A stretch of DNA of 64,000 nt from Toensbergia leucococca (lineage: Eukaryota), in NCBI GenBank assembly GCA_022813965.1, contig JALDZS010000028.1, positions 1 through 64,000 of the forward strand. Direction: 5' to 3'. Numbering within the stretch: the stretch's first letter is position 1; every line of letters begins with the position of its first letter. A model generated the notes under the pieces. The model was not told where the DNA came from and did no database searches. It was given only the letters and a program-made list of their open reading frames with translations. The position numbers and the translations under genes are program-made. Below are positions 51,006 through 62,170 of this stretch, one piece after another.

Positions 51006-51716
51006 CTAGCCTTTAAAACAGTTGGTACAGGCACCACTGGTTTTTGGACTCTTCATGACCGCTTCGAGCTCCTTCATGAATTCTTCGGGAATCATACCGT
51101 CGCCCCGAATAATCACTACCTCAATGCCCCTCAAAATCCTCAACGACCCCAAGATGGCCTGTATCGAGTCAAAAGGACCCTTTCCCATTACCCTCACACG
51201 AACCTCCTTCAATGATGAGCTGCAAGCTAAGATATCAACATTGCGTCGGAAAACATTTTTGATGTGACACAAGGAGTTTGGTCGGTTGACATCGATGGTC
51301 ACGTGAAGCTCAATCCGTGTGATGAGACTGATCGCACGGTCAGATAAGAATCGCCGGATGTTGCCAAATTTATAGAATCCATTGCTTGGGTCTTCGGTAA
51401 AGAGGAGTCTTAACAAGAAAAAAGTCTCACGGTAGAGAATCCGCGAAGCTTCGGCGCGAACTTGATGGTTTGTAGCTAAAAGGGCAATGGAGATGGAACG
51501 GAACGAGCTACGGTCCTTTGGATCTAGGCTACGTTCTTTGTATAGTCCTAAAAGCACGAGATCACGGTCTCTGGCCGAGAGCTTGGGATGCTGAAGAATT
51601 TGGTTCTCGTTGCGAAGAAATTCTCGTTGGTCGTACTTGATTAGAGCGTAGGCATATATCTTGTCTCGGATCTCGCGGGGAAGTCCGAGAAAATGGAATG
51701 AATGTGATGTGGCCAT
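51006..51716 (-). CDS. F-box-like N-terminal motif protein, paralog B
   Basis: FHFLGLPREIRDKIYAYAL...LLATNHQVRAEASRILYRETFF; collinear similarity to paralog A (HPKLS, SL..LRG). Confidence 0.75.
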   Translation of the reverse strand: MATSHSFHFLGLPREIRDKIYAYALIKYDQREFLRNENQILQHPKLSARDRDLVLLGLYKERSLDPKDRSSFRSISIALLATNHQVRAEASRILYRETFFLLRLLFTEDPSNGFYKFGNIRRFLSDRAISLITRIELHVTIDVNRPNSLCHIKNVFRRNVDILACSSSLKEVRVRVMGKGPFDSIQAILGSLRILRGIEVVIIRGDGMIPEEFMKELEAVMKSPKTSGACTNCFKG

Positions 51717-53256
51717 TTTGTAAGTCGGATGTAGTCCTGACACGTGGACTAAGTGGGAAGAGGTTCCAGTATTCGATGATCTCTCGAAATCATCAGCAGC
51801 TGACGCCGTCAAGAATTTGGGGGAGTACTTGATTTGAGGCAGAGCTAGCTTTGAATAACGATCGCTGCAGCCTCTTCAAATTCGAAATTGCCTGATACGA
51901 TCAGTGAGGTGATGGTGGCTTGACCGACTGTTGGTTACTTGATGCTGCGAAATAATACCGTCCTATACTCGAATTGTTTCATAGCATGATGAGATGACAA
52001 GAAGACCCATTGATATATCAATACATCATCAACACGAAGCAGAATGTTGAAGCCTAAACCGGTTATCACATCATGTGTGACAAGAGGCAATGAAACGCTA
52101 CTCAACACTTTTCCTCCTTCCAGCGGATGATATGAGGGAAGGCGTGGTCACCAGCTCCATGAGGGGGCTTCATGGTTCGACGGTAAGCATCATATCAGTA
52201 TGAATATGCGAGCAGGGAAGGACTCATCCGACAATCATGGTGACTACCTACTGATTGCTGTTTTCGCGTCAAACGTATCCGAAAAAGCCGATGCATTTAT
52301 ACTTCTCTGCACAGTAAAATAATGCACTCATTGACAATAGCAGAAAGCACTCGTATGATAAGTAGAGTCTTGGAAAACAACGCATAGAACTTCAAACAGC
52401 GCTACATGAAGCCGTAAAACAAATGCTGCAATCTTGAGGATCGATGCCTGCCAGAGAGAAGCTGGTTGAAGCAGCGTGTTTCAAGGTCTCGGAGATAGAG
52501 AGGTAGGCTCCTAATACTAGTCGTAAAAACAGGCTGTAAGAGCTCAAGCTCACAGTAAAGGCAGGGCTATAGAAGGAGATGCACAGAAGGAGTCTGGCCA
52601 GTTATTTATCAGTCACAAATGCAGGGGAAAGATCAATGATGTTCGAATGGACTCATAGTGGAAGGATGGGTAGACGTTGAGAAAGACTCTTTCTAAGCTA
52701 GCTTGTTTCTTTCACTAGCGGAAGTCTACGTATTGTATGGTAACTTACTTTTCGAGCCAACCTGAGATTATCACCATACTTCCCTACCTAGCACGCCTAG
52801 GAGCCTAGTACCTGCTTCATTTGGAGTCTTAATCAAGTTCAATTGAATCATAGCTATGGATCATTAATCAGCCTACTCTTTCAGCGATCGTTGAGCAACA
52901 GATAGCTGATATGTGCATTCTTCATGCCATGATTATTGTCTGTCGCACCCCTTGATTGAGTTGTGATTTTGTCATGTTTATCTCATTGGCTTATTATTCT
53001 CATCATGTTTGCATTCCTTGCGCTTTCTGTAATACTCTTTTGTCTATCTGGTCTTGCAATTAATCAACAAATTTACCCTTGTGGGTCATTGGAATTCATG
53101 GACATATCGTATAATATGGAGCCCTTGTTAGCCAAGGAGACATCAAGGCTTCAGCTTATTCAATTCCTATAGCAACCATAATTCTCAATCGTCCTTGCAC
53201 TCTTTAGTATGGTCCTTTACCCGTTTAGGTAGTCTCACTGACAAACGCGCAGAAAA

Positions 53257-55836
53257 ATGATCCCCCCAATATTATGCTTCCTTCTATGGCTTGTAGCCAG
53301 TACCTTGGTGTTGACTCTGCCGACTGGGGATGAACGTGTCCACTTCAAGCCCATCCACGATGGTGCAAAACAAAAACGACAGACCAATAGAACCCAAGGA
53401 GTAGGGGGAATCGCTCCTATCCCCGGGGATCCCGAATACACGGCTGATGAAGTCTTGGAGGTTGTCGAGCTTGCAATTCAAGATGCACTTCCCTCAATTA
53501 TCGACAACATCGACGCCGATTTGGCTCAGAACTTAAGAGTCCTACTCCTAAGCATAGTTCCCACCACGACGCCAACCGGCTCCGTATCGCCGCTCTTACC
53601 TGTTACGACAGCCCTTTTGCCCACCACAGCCTCTGTACTACCACTTTCGAGCATTCTGAGTACTGTAGTTGCGCCAGTTTCAAGCCTTCCAGTCTCGTCA
53701 ATTTTGAGCACTGTAGTTGCGCCAGTTACAAGCCTTCCCGTCTCCTCAATTCTGAGCACTTTGATCGCCTCGCCAAGCGTTTCAATTCCATCAGTCTCAA
53801 GCTTACCCGCGTCGTCAATCCTAAGCACATTGATCGTGTCCCCAAGCATTTCAATTCCATCAGCCTCGAGCCTTCCATTATCATCAATCCTTAGCACGTT
53901 GATCTCATCACAAAGTATTTCGATTCCAACAGTCTCAAGTCTTCCGGTCTCGTCGCTTTTGAGTACTTCGCTTCCATCGATTTCCCCGACTATTTCGATT
54001 CCGACCATCTCGACTATCTCGCCTAGTATATCAATCCCCTCTGTCTCGAGTCTTCCAGTCTCATCGATAGTGAGCGGCTTGGTTCCATCCCTCTCTCCAA
54101 GCGTCTCGGTTCCGACCCTTTCATCTATCTCCCCAAGTATCTCGATCCCTTCGGTCTCGAGTCTGCCAATCTCGTCGATTTTGAGTACTTTAATTCTAAC
54201 TATCTCCAGCATTTCGCTTCCCACAATTTCGCCCACTTCACCAAGCATTTCCCCCCCTTCGTTGTCGACTTTGTCCATTCCGACGGCCTCGCTAAGTTTG
54301 TCCACCCTGTCCTTCCTTAGTCTTTCGGTTCCCTCCACATCGCCGAGCATCTCTATCTCATCGCTATCTCTTCCTACTCTATCTGTCCCATCCGTCTCCC
54401 CAAGTCTTTCAATACCATCTCTCTCGCCAAGCGTTCCTACTTTGTCCATATCAGCCATCACACCTACCTTGACGTCGCTGAATTTTTCTGTCTCAACCAT
54501 CTCGCCAAGCATCTCAATCCCATCCATTTCGCCAAGTCTCTCACTCTCAAGCCTCTCGGTCTCGACCCTGTCACTATCTTTATCAATCCCGACCTTCTCG
54601 CCGTCTCTTTCGCTATCGACACTCTCGCTATCTTTATCAGTCCCAACCTTCTCGCCATCTCTTCCGATTTCGACACTCTCGCCGTCCTTGTCAATCCCAA
54701 CCTTCTCGCCGTCTCTGTCGATTTCAACGCTCTCGCTATCAATCTCAAGCGCTACACTGTCAAGTCTCTCTCTGTCGAGCCTGAGTCTACCTACGACAAT
54801 AGTACCCACTTCGGCCAGTATTTCTCTTCCAAGCATCAGTTTAATCACCTCGACGAGTCTCCCAAGTGTCAGTCTACCTACATCGATTCTTCCATCGAGC
54901 ATCAGCTTGAGTTTATCGAGCTTTACTCTATCAACTATCAGTATGACCAACTCTTTGAGTCTGTCCCTATCTAGTATTAGCTTCCCTACATCGGCGAGTC
55001 TCTCTCTACCAACGCTTAGCCTCTCATCTGCGAGTCTCTCTGTACCAACGCTTAGCCTCTCATCTGCGAGTCCCTCTCTACCGACACTTGGCCTCTCATC
55101 TGCGAGTCCGTCTATACCGACGATAAGCTTACCAACCGGCCTTCCGGTCTCGACAAGCCAATCTTCACCAAGTGTTGTTACCAGCATTGTCACTCTCACT
55201 CCCAGTGTTGTGACTAGCGTCGTCACTCTTACGCCGAGCGTTGTTACCATTACTCAAGGCACTGTGACTGTCACTCCCAGCACTGTGACTAGCGTTGTCA
55301 CAGTGAGTCCCAGCGTTGTGACTAGCGTCGTTACAGTAACTCCAAGCTCCAGTCCAGTTCCTACAGGCCTCACCTTCTCGCCCCCAAGTACGGCCGAGGG
55401 CGTATCGTATAGCTTCCTCAGCGACGGCTCGGTCGATGTTGACGGAGACTTCTTGAATTTACAAGGACCACTGTCGGTGACTCTTCCGAGCGGGGATATT
55501 GCTCAGCTGAGCTTCAGTGGCCTGTTAGTCAACGGTGTTACGGTTCCGTATCCTAGCAGCTTTGCTTCTATTATCTTCACGCTGCCAGTCGCTGCGGCAG
55601 GTGCAGCTACGGCAGGTTCGATTGATGGCGTCTCTTATTCATTCCCTGGAGATGGAGCGGTCACTGTGGGTGGGCAGACTCTGAACCTCATGGGACCGAC
55701 GTCAACTACTACCTCCGATGGACAGACGGCGGCTCTTTCATTCACGGGGTTGACGATCAACGGGATTACCATTCCCTACCCGTCATCGTACAACGCCCTT
55801 ATATCGGCTATAGCGACTGGGCAGTATGCTCAGTAG
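53257..55836 (+). CDS. Secreted Ser/Thr/Pro/Leu-rich repeat (mucin/adhesin-like) protein, 859 aa
   Basis: Hydrophobic signal peptide; KR site (QKRQ); long SSLPxSSILST, SPSISIP and SLSLS repeats; TVTPSVVTSVV repeats; duplicated C-terminal domain. Confidence 0.8.
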   Translation: MIPPILCFLLWLVASTLVLTLPTGDERVHFKPIHDGAKQKRQTNRTQGVGGIAPIPGDPEYTADEVLEVVELAIQDALPSIIDNIDADLAQNLRVLLLSIVPTTTPTGSVSPLLPVTTALLPTTASVLPLSSILSTVVAPVSSLPVSSILSTVVAPVTSLPVSSILSTLIASPSVSIPSVSSLPASSILSTLIVSPSISIPSASSLPLSSILSTLISSQSISIPTVSSLPVSSLLSTSLPSISPTISIPTISTISPSISIPSVSSLPVSSIVSGLVPSLSPSVSVPTLSSISPSISIPSVSSLPISSILSTLILTISSISLPTISPTSPSISPPSLSTLSIPTASLSLSTLSFLSLSVPSTSPSISISSLSLPTLSVPSVSPSLSIPSLSPSVPTLSISAITPTLTSLNFSVSTISPSISIPSISPSLSLSSLSVSTLSLSLSIPTFSPSLSLSTLSLSLSVPTFSPSLPISTLSPSLSIPTFSPSLSISTLSLSISSATLSSLSLSSLSLPTTIVPTSASISLPSISLITSTSLPSVSLPTSILPSSISLSLSSFTLSTISMTNSLSLSLSSISFPTSASLSLPTLSLSSASLSVPTLSLSSASPSLPTLGLSSASPSIPTISLPTGLPVSTSQSSPSVVTSIVTLTPSVVTSVVTLTPSVVTITQGTVTVTPSTVTSVVTVSPSVVTSVVTVTPSSSPVPTGLTFSPPSTAEGVSYSFLSDGSVDVDGDFLNLQGPLSVTLPSGDIAQLSFSGLLVNGVTVPYPSSFASIIFTLPVAAAGAATAGSIDGVSYSFPGDGAVTVGGQTLNLMGPTSTTTSDGQTAALSFTGLTINGITIPYPSSYNALISAIATGQYAQ

Positions 55837-56465
55837 ATTTTCAAATCTTTGTCTCTTTCAAGTATTTAAAGTTCTTTCTGCAGCACCTTGCTGTTGTTAC
55901 TTTCGGGGAGCGAGGGAGGATTCTAGTTCAATGAGGAAATAATAATAGTAATTTGATGTGTAATGATTCCTTTTCAAGGCTAGTCATTAGAGAGCAGGAG
56001 GACGGAAAGGCGGCATCTTTTTCACAACAGTACGGAAAAAAGTGGCACTGGCGTTAGTTGTCTCTTTACTGAAATCAGTACTGGATGTAGTGTCAGAAAT
56101 ATAAGAAGATGATTAGGAAATGGCTTTTGAACGTGATAAAGACATAATCATGCTCAATGAATGTCATGGTCTGAGAGCAAAGATTAGTGTTCACGAACCC
56201 AGATGCTTAGATGATGTTGATTGGACACTTGGAGCGTGTTGAGAGGGGAGATGGTAAAAGGTACAAGGTCTTTCAATTTGAAGGTTATTTGATGTCAAGT
56301 GATTTATTTACTGATTACAATCCAACCAGACGCCAAGACTTCACGTCTCCCCACCAAGCACGCGAAATTGGTAGCATTAAATATTGACAAATACTCCTCT
56401 TCCATCAACCACACTCACTGCAATCTACAGCCCATCCGCCACAAAGCCTATGGGCTGGCTTGGTC

Positions 56466-58425
56466 ATGGAAAAATTGCTGAAGGACTGGAGGCAAGACGC
56501 CATAAACAAACACCAATACGAATCAGCAATTTACATTGGAGACAAGCTGCTTGCCCTCACCGGTACACGCCCAAGCCTTTCTTTCTGTCTTTCGAGCAAA
56601 GCACTGATGATCTTCAGGTGACGTAAAGGACGCCTTTTTTCTCGCCCAAGTTCATTTCTCCACCGGCAATTATACCCGCGCCCAGAGCTTCCTCAAAAAG
56701 CACAACTTGATTCAACACAGTCCGTCATGTGTATACCTGGCCGCCTACTGTCACATAAAACAAAACAAGTTCGAGGAGGCTTTGGCCATACTAGGAGAAA
56801 AGAACCCCACACATTTGATTGCTACGTCAAGTAAAGCCCGCCGGAAACTACAACATACAAGTGGCAATCTACGAAATGGGACTCACAAACCTACCAAGCC
56901 TACCGCAAGGCCTGACAGGATCGGGAGGAGTGAGGAGCGCGAGAAGGAGGATCTCTCAGACATTAAGTACGAGGCTGCGGCTTGCTATTTGCGTGGCATC
57001 TGCTTCGCCAAGCAAAACGCTTTCGACAGAGCAAAAGAATGCTACAAGGACGCCGTACGAATAGACGTACAGTGCTTCGAAGCCTTCGACCAGCTGATGA
57101 AAAACTCCCTCATGTCTCCCGATGAAGAGTGGGAGTTTCTCAACTCCCTTGATTTCGACTCCATCTCCACAGAAGACAACAGCACCTCCCAAGAAGCTGC
57201 TCAATTCGCTAAAATGCTCTACACAACCCGCCTCTCCAAATACAAAAATCCGGCAGACTCAAATAATGCCACCGAAACCCTCTCAACCCACTACAACCTT
57301 GCCTCAAATCCAGATCTTCTCCTCTCAAAGGCCGAACTCCTCTTCACCCAATGTCGCTTCAAAGAAGCCCTCGCAATCACAACCTCCATCCTTGATTCCG
57401 ACGAATATAATTTCTCCATATACCCCCTGCACCTCGCCTGCCTACATGAACTCGAAGAAACGAACGCCCTGTTCCTACTTTCTCACCGCCTCGCCGATCT
57501 CCACCCAGACGAGCCCTCCACCTGGCTCGCTGTTGGCGTCTACTATCTTAGTATCTCCCAGATTGCCGAGGCCCGGCGTTTTTTCTCCAAAGCCTCAATG
57601 ATGGATCCTCACTTTGGCCCCGCCTGGATTGGCTTTGCGCACACCTTCGCCGCAGAAGGTGAGCACGACCAAGCTATTTCGGCGTACAGCACCGCTGCTC
57701 GTCTCTTCCAAGGCACACACCTCCCCTCTCTCTTCCTCGGCATGCAAAATCTCCAACTGAACAACATGACCCTTGCCCAAGAATACCTCAACGCCGCCCA
57801 CCAGCTCTGCCAAACCGACCCCCTCCTCCTCAACGAACTAGGCGTCGTCTTCTACCACCTAGACCACCTTGGCCCTGCTATACAAATCTTCACCCGCGCT
57901 CTCGCCATCGCCACTGAAATTGACTCGGATCCCCGTGCCTGGATCGCCACGCGCGCCAATCTCGGCCATGCCTACCGCCGCCAACGGCAGTGGGAACCCG
58001 CGTTGAGGGAATTCGAAGAAGTGCTTAGGCAGGGTGGGAGGGATGCGGGCATTTTCTGTGCGAAGGGTCTAGTACTTTTGGAGATGGGGAGGTGTTGGGA
58101 GGCTGTTTGTGCGTTGCATGAGGCTTTGGCTGTGGGGCCGCAAGATCCGGTCGCGACTGATTTGCTGGGGAGGGCGTTGGAGGAGAATGCGACTGCTATG
58201 GGATGGGGTAGTGGGGAGAATGGTGGTGATGGTGATGGTGGTGGTGGTGGCGGAAGCTTTGAGGAAGAGGCTTTTGAGGCCGTTGTTAAGAAGGGGGCTG
58301 GTAGTGGTGGGTATAAGGGGAGGAGGAGGAGGTTGAGAGGAAGTGATGGTGCTGGAGTTGAGGGAATGGAGGGCGAGGATAGTATGATGGTTATCAGTGA
58401 TAGGAGCGATGGGGAAGAGGAGTGA
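56466..58425 (+). CDS. CDC16: Anaphase-promoting complex subunit Cdc16/Cut9 (TPR)
   Basis: Exon 1 MEKLLKDWRQDAINKHQYESAIYIGDKLLALT; then DVQCFEAF, ARRFFSKAS, FGPAWIGFAHTFAAEGEHDQAISAYSTAARLF, DPLLLNELGVV. Confidence 0.94.
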
Positions 58426-58439
58426 GTTGGGCGCTTGCT

Positions 58440-60050
58440 TGAGCTTTTTGAGTTGGGTTAGTGATGGGTTTTAAACTTTGGTGGAAAGGGGCATTGGGTG
58501 GGGGATTGCATGCATAGCGAGGTTGCTCTGGACGCATTTTCTTGTCTATTTTTTTTAACCGCGTTGTGTGGGATGGATGGATGGAAACTCATGATGCTTG
58601 GTTTGAGTTGGTGTTGGAGGGAGGGGGAGGTGGTGTATGAGTAGCTGGATATATCCCCCCCGTCCCCACTTACTTAGAGTACATAGACCGGTGAATTCAT
58701 GGTTTTATCCCGTTCATATATGTTCCATCACACTTTTTCAATAATATCTCCTGCAGACTTTTTTTGATGGTTCTGAAAATTTTTACTTTTTTTTTTTTGC
58801 TCCTTTTTTTTTTTTGTCCTCACAAAAGTTGGGGAGTGGTTGTGATGATTTTTTTTGGATGAGTGGGAGGGAAGGAAAGAATGGAGGGGCGGTGAGCTGT
58901 TAGTGATTGTGATGAAGGATTTATGCGGAGGGTTGTGAATGTCTGTGAAGTGAAAAAACGATATTTTTTCTTTTTTTTTTTTGAGATGAGATGAGATTGT
59001 TGTACTAGTCATTGTGAATGAAAATACTGAATTTATTACAGTCACCCATATATTGAATCTCAGGTCTGTCAGTCAAGAGAAAAGGGGGGGGGGAGAGAAT
59101 TTTTTGAATTTTCTGCTACCCCGATTTACTTAGGGAGGGGTAAAGTACTTACTCCTTACCTTATTTTTTTCATTTCACATTAGTTTTTTTTTGGCAAATC
59201 AAGATGTTCTAGTATCTTTTTGCTTTTCTCTTGATTTTCTATGCCCTTTTCTGTTGGTTTTGAGTTGGGATTTTTTTTTGTGTGAGGTGTTTATATATGT
59301 GAGGGGTTTTGAATTACTTGTGATGAGAGTGTTCAAGGAGGAATGACAGGGAGTGAACGGATATCGAGTGATTTGAGGATGGAGGCTTAGTTTTTTCTAT
59401 TCTTGGAGGGAGGGGAAGGGGGGAGTTTGGGGATATGAGTGTTGTTTTTGGGTTGGAGGAAGTGGGGGGAGGGATCGGAGGGTTGTTTTATGAGTGAGGA
59501 GGAGGGGAATAAAGGGGTGAGGGTGAGAGGTGATGAAAGGGGGTTTTGAAAATAGAGGTGAGACATATTCTTCTTGAGAGGAGGTGAGTCAGTGATGGTT
59601 TTGTCAAGGTGAGTTTACTGAGGTTGGATTGGAAAGGAGACTTTGCTGTGTTAGGCTCTAAGTTATGTTGCTTTGAGAAAGGAATTTAATCTTTAGTGGA
59701 GGGTTGGAGTACTTTTGTGCTGAGGGAAGCTCTTGAGGTGCGGGGAGAGGGTTTGGGTAAGGCTATTGACAGGCTTTTTTCGTGCCGACGGTGGTGGGTT
59801 TATGGTTGTATGTTTGTGGGCTAAGGGATGCATTGAGATGAGGGGTCAAGCTGTTGGTTGGGTGGGAGGGTGGCTGGAGAAAGGGTCGACGAAATAGGTA
59901 TGAGAAGGCGTGCGTGTGGTAATAAGGAGAGACATTGAGAAGCGAGGGTTGGGCTATGGACTTGGAGAAGAGATGGTGGGGGGCGGTGAGAAGGGAAGGG
60001 TGTCATAGGAACGACTGGGTTCAAGGCATAAGCGACTGCTTGATAGAGTC
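58440..60050. repeat. Low-complexity G/T-skewed region rich in poly-T and poly-G runs
   Basis: Many homopolymer tracts (for example 58788-58815 and 59084-59093); no credible ORF. Confidence 0.6.
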
Positions 60051-60423
60051 TAGAACAGCATCGAAGAGGTGAGATGACAGAAAGTTTCAGTCGAACCCCA
60101 GGAAATTGAAATTGAGCGTGTGTACAGAAAGGGATTTCGATCATTGATCTTGACTCGGTTTTTTCAGTAACCCAGCGAGCCTACACATCATATTAGCAGC
60201 AGAAAATAGAATAATAGGTACTAGGTAGTACGCACCTGTAGTTGAATACTAAGTCCCACAAATGATCGTTTCCTTCTCGAATCTTTGAATCTCTAATCTA
60301 GATGGGTAGACTCCCATCTCTCTGAATTGTCTATTAGCAACCAGGAATAGAGTCCATACTGTCACAGGAGACCTACTACTCGACTCACTAAAAGCTTAAG
60401 AACGGGAAAGGTGCTGATCCACT

Positions 60424-61466
60424 TCAAAACGGAAAAGGCGCTGATCCACTTTCAGGCCCCGGCCCCTTACCAGGGAATCCTGATTGACTTACAGGCAGGG
60501 CCCATCCAGAATTTGTTGCTCCAAGTTTATTAGATCCTGATCCAATCCCAAATGTGGGCACTGACGGTGGGTTCGGACCAAACGTAAATGCGTTCAGACC
60601 AAACATGGATCCACCATACTTAGAATTTGGTTCATTCGACAGGCGTAATCGTGCCTATAGGTTCACTCGCTAGTCAATTCATTCGGCTCGCCACAAAGAT
60701 TCCGTACTTTCGACTTTGTGCTCACCTCGGATGACATTAGTTCAGTCGGTCTGAACGCATCACGTTGGGCCTTGAACAGATCTTTGGCGAACGGTCCTCC
60801 TAACGCCACGAAATCCTCTAGTACAGACAGCTGAACTTCTGTCATTATCCCGATCAAACGAGGCGCAACCCTAGCAAAGTATGCCCTAAAAGTATGATTC
60901 GGTTTCGAGAGTTTATCATATATTGATTTGGCGAACTTGAAAAAAGGCTCTGGTGAAACCCAAGAGGAGCCTATTGGAGAATGCTCAAGTTTTGCGATGA
61001 CACAGTGCTGCAAATTTGGCAACCGGTACTTAACGGCGACTGTGTACAGGTCACCTAAGAACTTGGACCTAGTCGAAGGTTCCGTGGATTGAATACATGT
61101 CATTTCTTCGGAACACTGAAAGAGGTTTGGGGGTTGAAAGTCACCAGTATAAAGGAAGTCGATGAGGCATCCAATTGCAGCTGGAGGATCGTCGGGTAGA
61201 GTGATGGTACTAAAGTCGGCTCCAACACTCGTAGAGCTACCCAAAGTTACTAAGACTGGGCTTTGACGTAAGAAAGACTGGTGTGCAACGAATAGGTCTG
61301 CTCCAGGTCCAACATAGATTCTAAAAAGTGAAGACTTGAAGCGGCTTTAAGCCGTCAGTTTCCGAAGACGAGAATACAGTATGTGAATGTCTTACGCGCC
61401 ATTGCTTTGGGATTCTGTGGAGACATCTCCATCCTTTAATGGACGTTTTGCTGGGATAGTAGACAT
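60424..61466 (-). CDS. BTB/POZ-domain protein, paralog 1 (3 exons)
   Basis: MSTIPAKRP...SNGA | RFKSSLFRIYVGPGADLFVAHQSFLRQSPV...ITLPDDPPAAIGCLIDFLYTGDF...LYTVAVKYRL | Gly/Phe-rich tail. Confidence 0.82.
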
Positions 61467-62170
61467 TGGATGTGATAGCAATGGCTTTAGAATGTCAGAA
61501 GTCAACGATGCTATGGAGAGCTCCAATCATGAGATTTTCGTGAAATGAGTAGTGAAATCAAAATGGATTTATTCCGAATCTATGAAAGGTTGAGAAGTTG
61601 TGGGTGTGTGAATGACAGTGATGACTTCCACCAAGCGAGAAATACACAACACTGATGACAAGTTAGAAGAGAAAGGATTTGAATCGATGGTAGATCGAGG
61701 CATTTTACTTGGAAAATCTTGATATTTTCACGGGAGTGACAGGTCGATGTATGTTTTAAGAGGGAGCATAGGTATCACCACGGAAGTGGGTGAGAATGAG
61801 CGAGGGTCTAGAGTGGGTTATGTATGGTGGACTAATGCCACAATCCGAGGCTTGATAGAAATCTCTCTGAAATTGAAAGCAGGAATATCCACGTGTATCC
61901 TTAGCAGGAGCAATTGCAAAGCTTGAAGTCCAGTGCACACTTGCTAGCTTTTCAGAACAGCACATTGACAAGCTGCTTAGCTGCTTTCAGTAGAGGCAAT
62001 CAGGTGTAAATCCGATGACTCTCGCCCATACTTCTCGTTGCCCACCTTTGCAACGAATTCCATTATTCGAGATTACAAAGGGGCTTTCCGCACAAAAGCT
62101 TTAGAACGTCGAAGGCGTCATCACTGGTCTCTGGCCCAAAAGCTCTAATCCGACCGCCCTTTCCACTAAT

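Noticed and set aside
53526..55250. 574-aa antisense ORF
   Set aside because: Mirror of the Ser/Leu/Pro repeat gene on the plus strand, which has the signal peptide and domain structure; no independent evidence.
58728..60144. ORFs 58728-59045 and 59821-60144
   Set aside because: Low-complexity translations of skewed homopolymer DNA.
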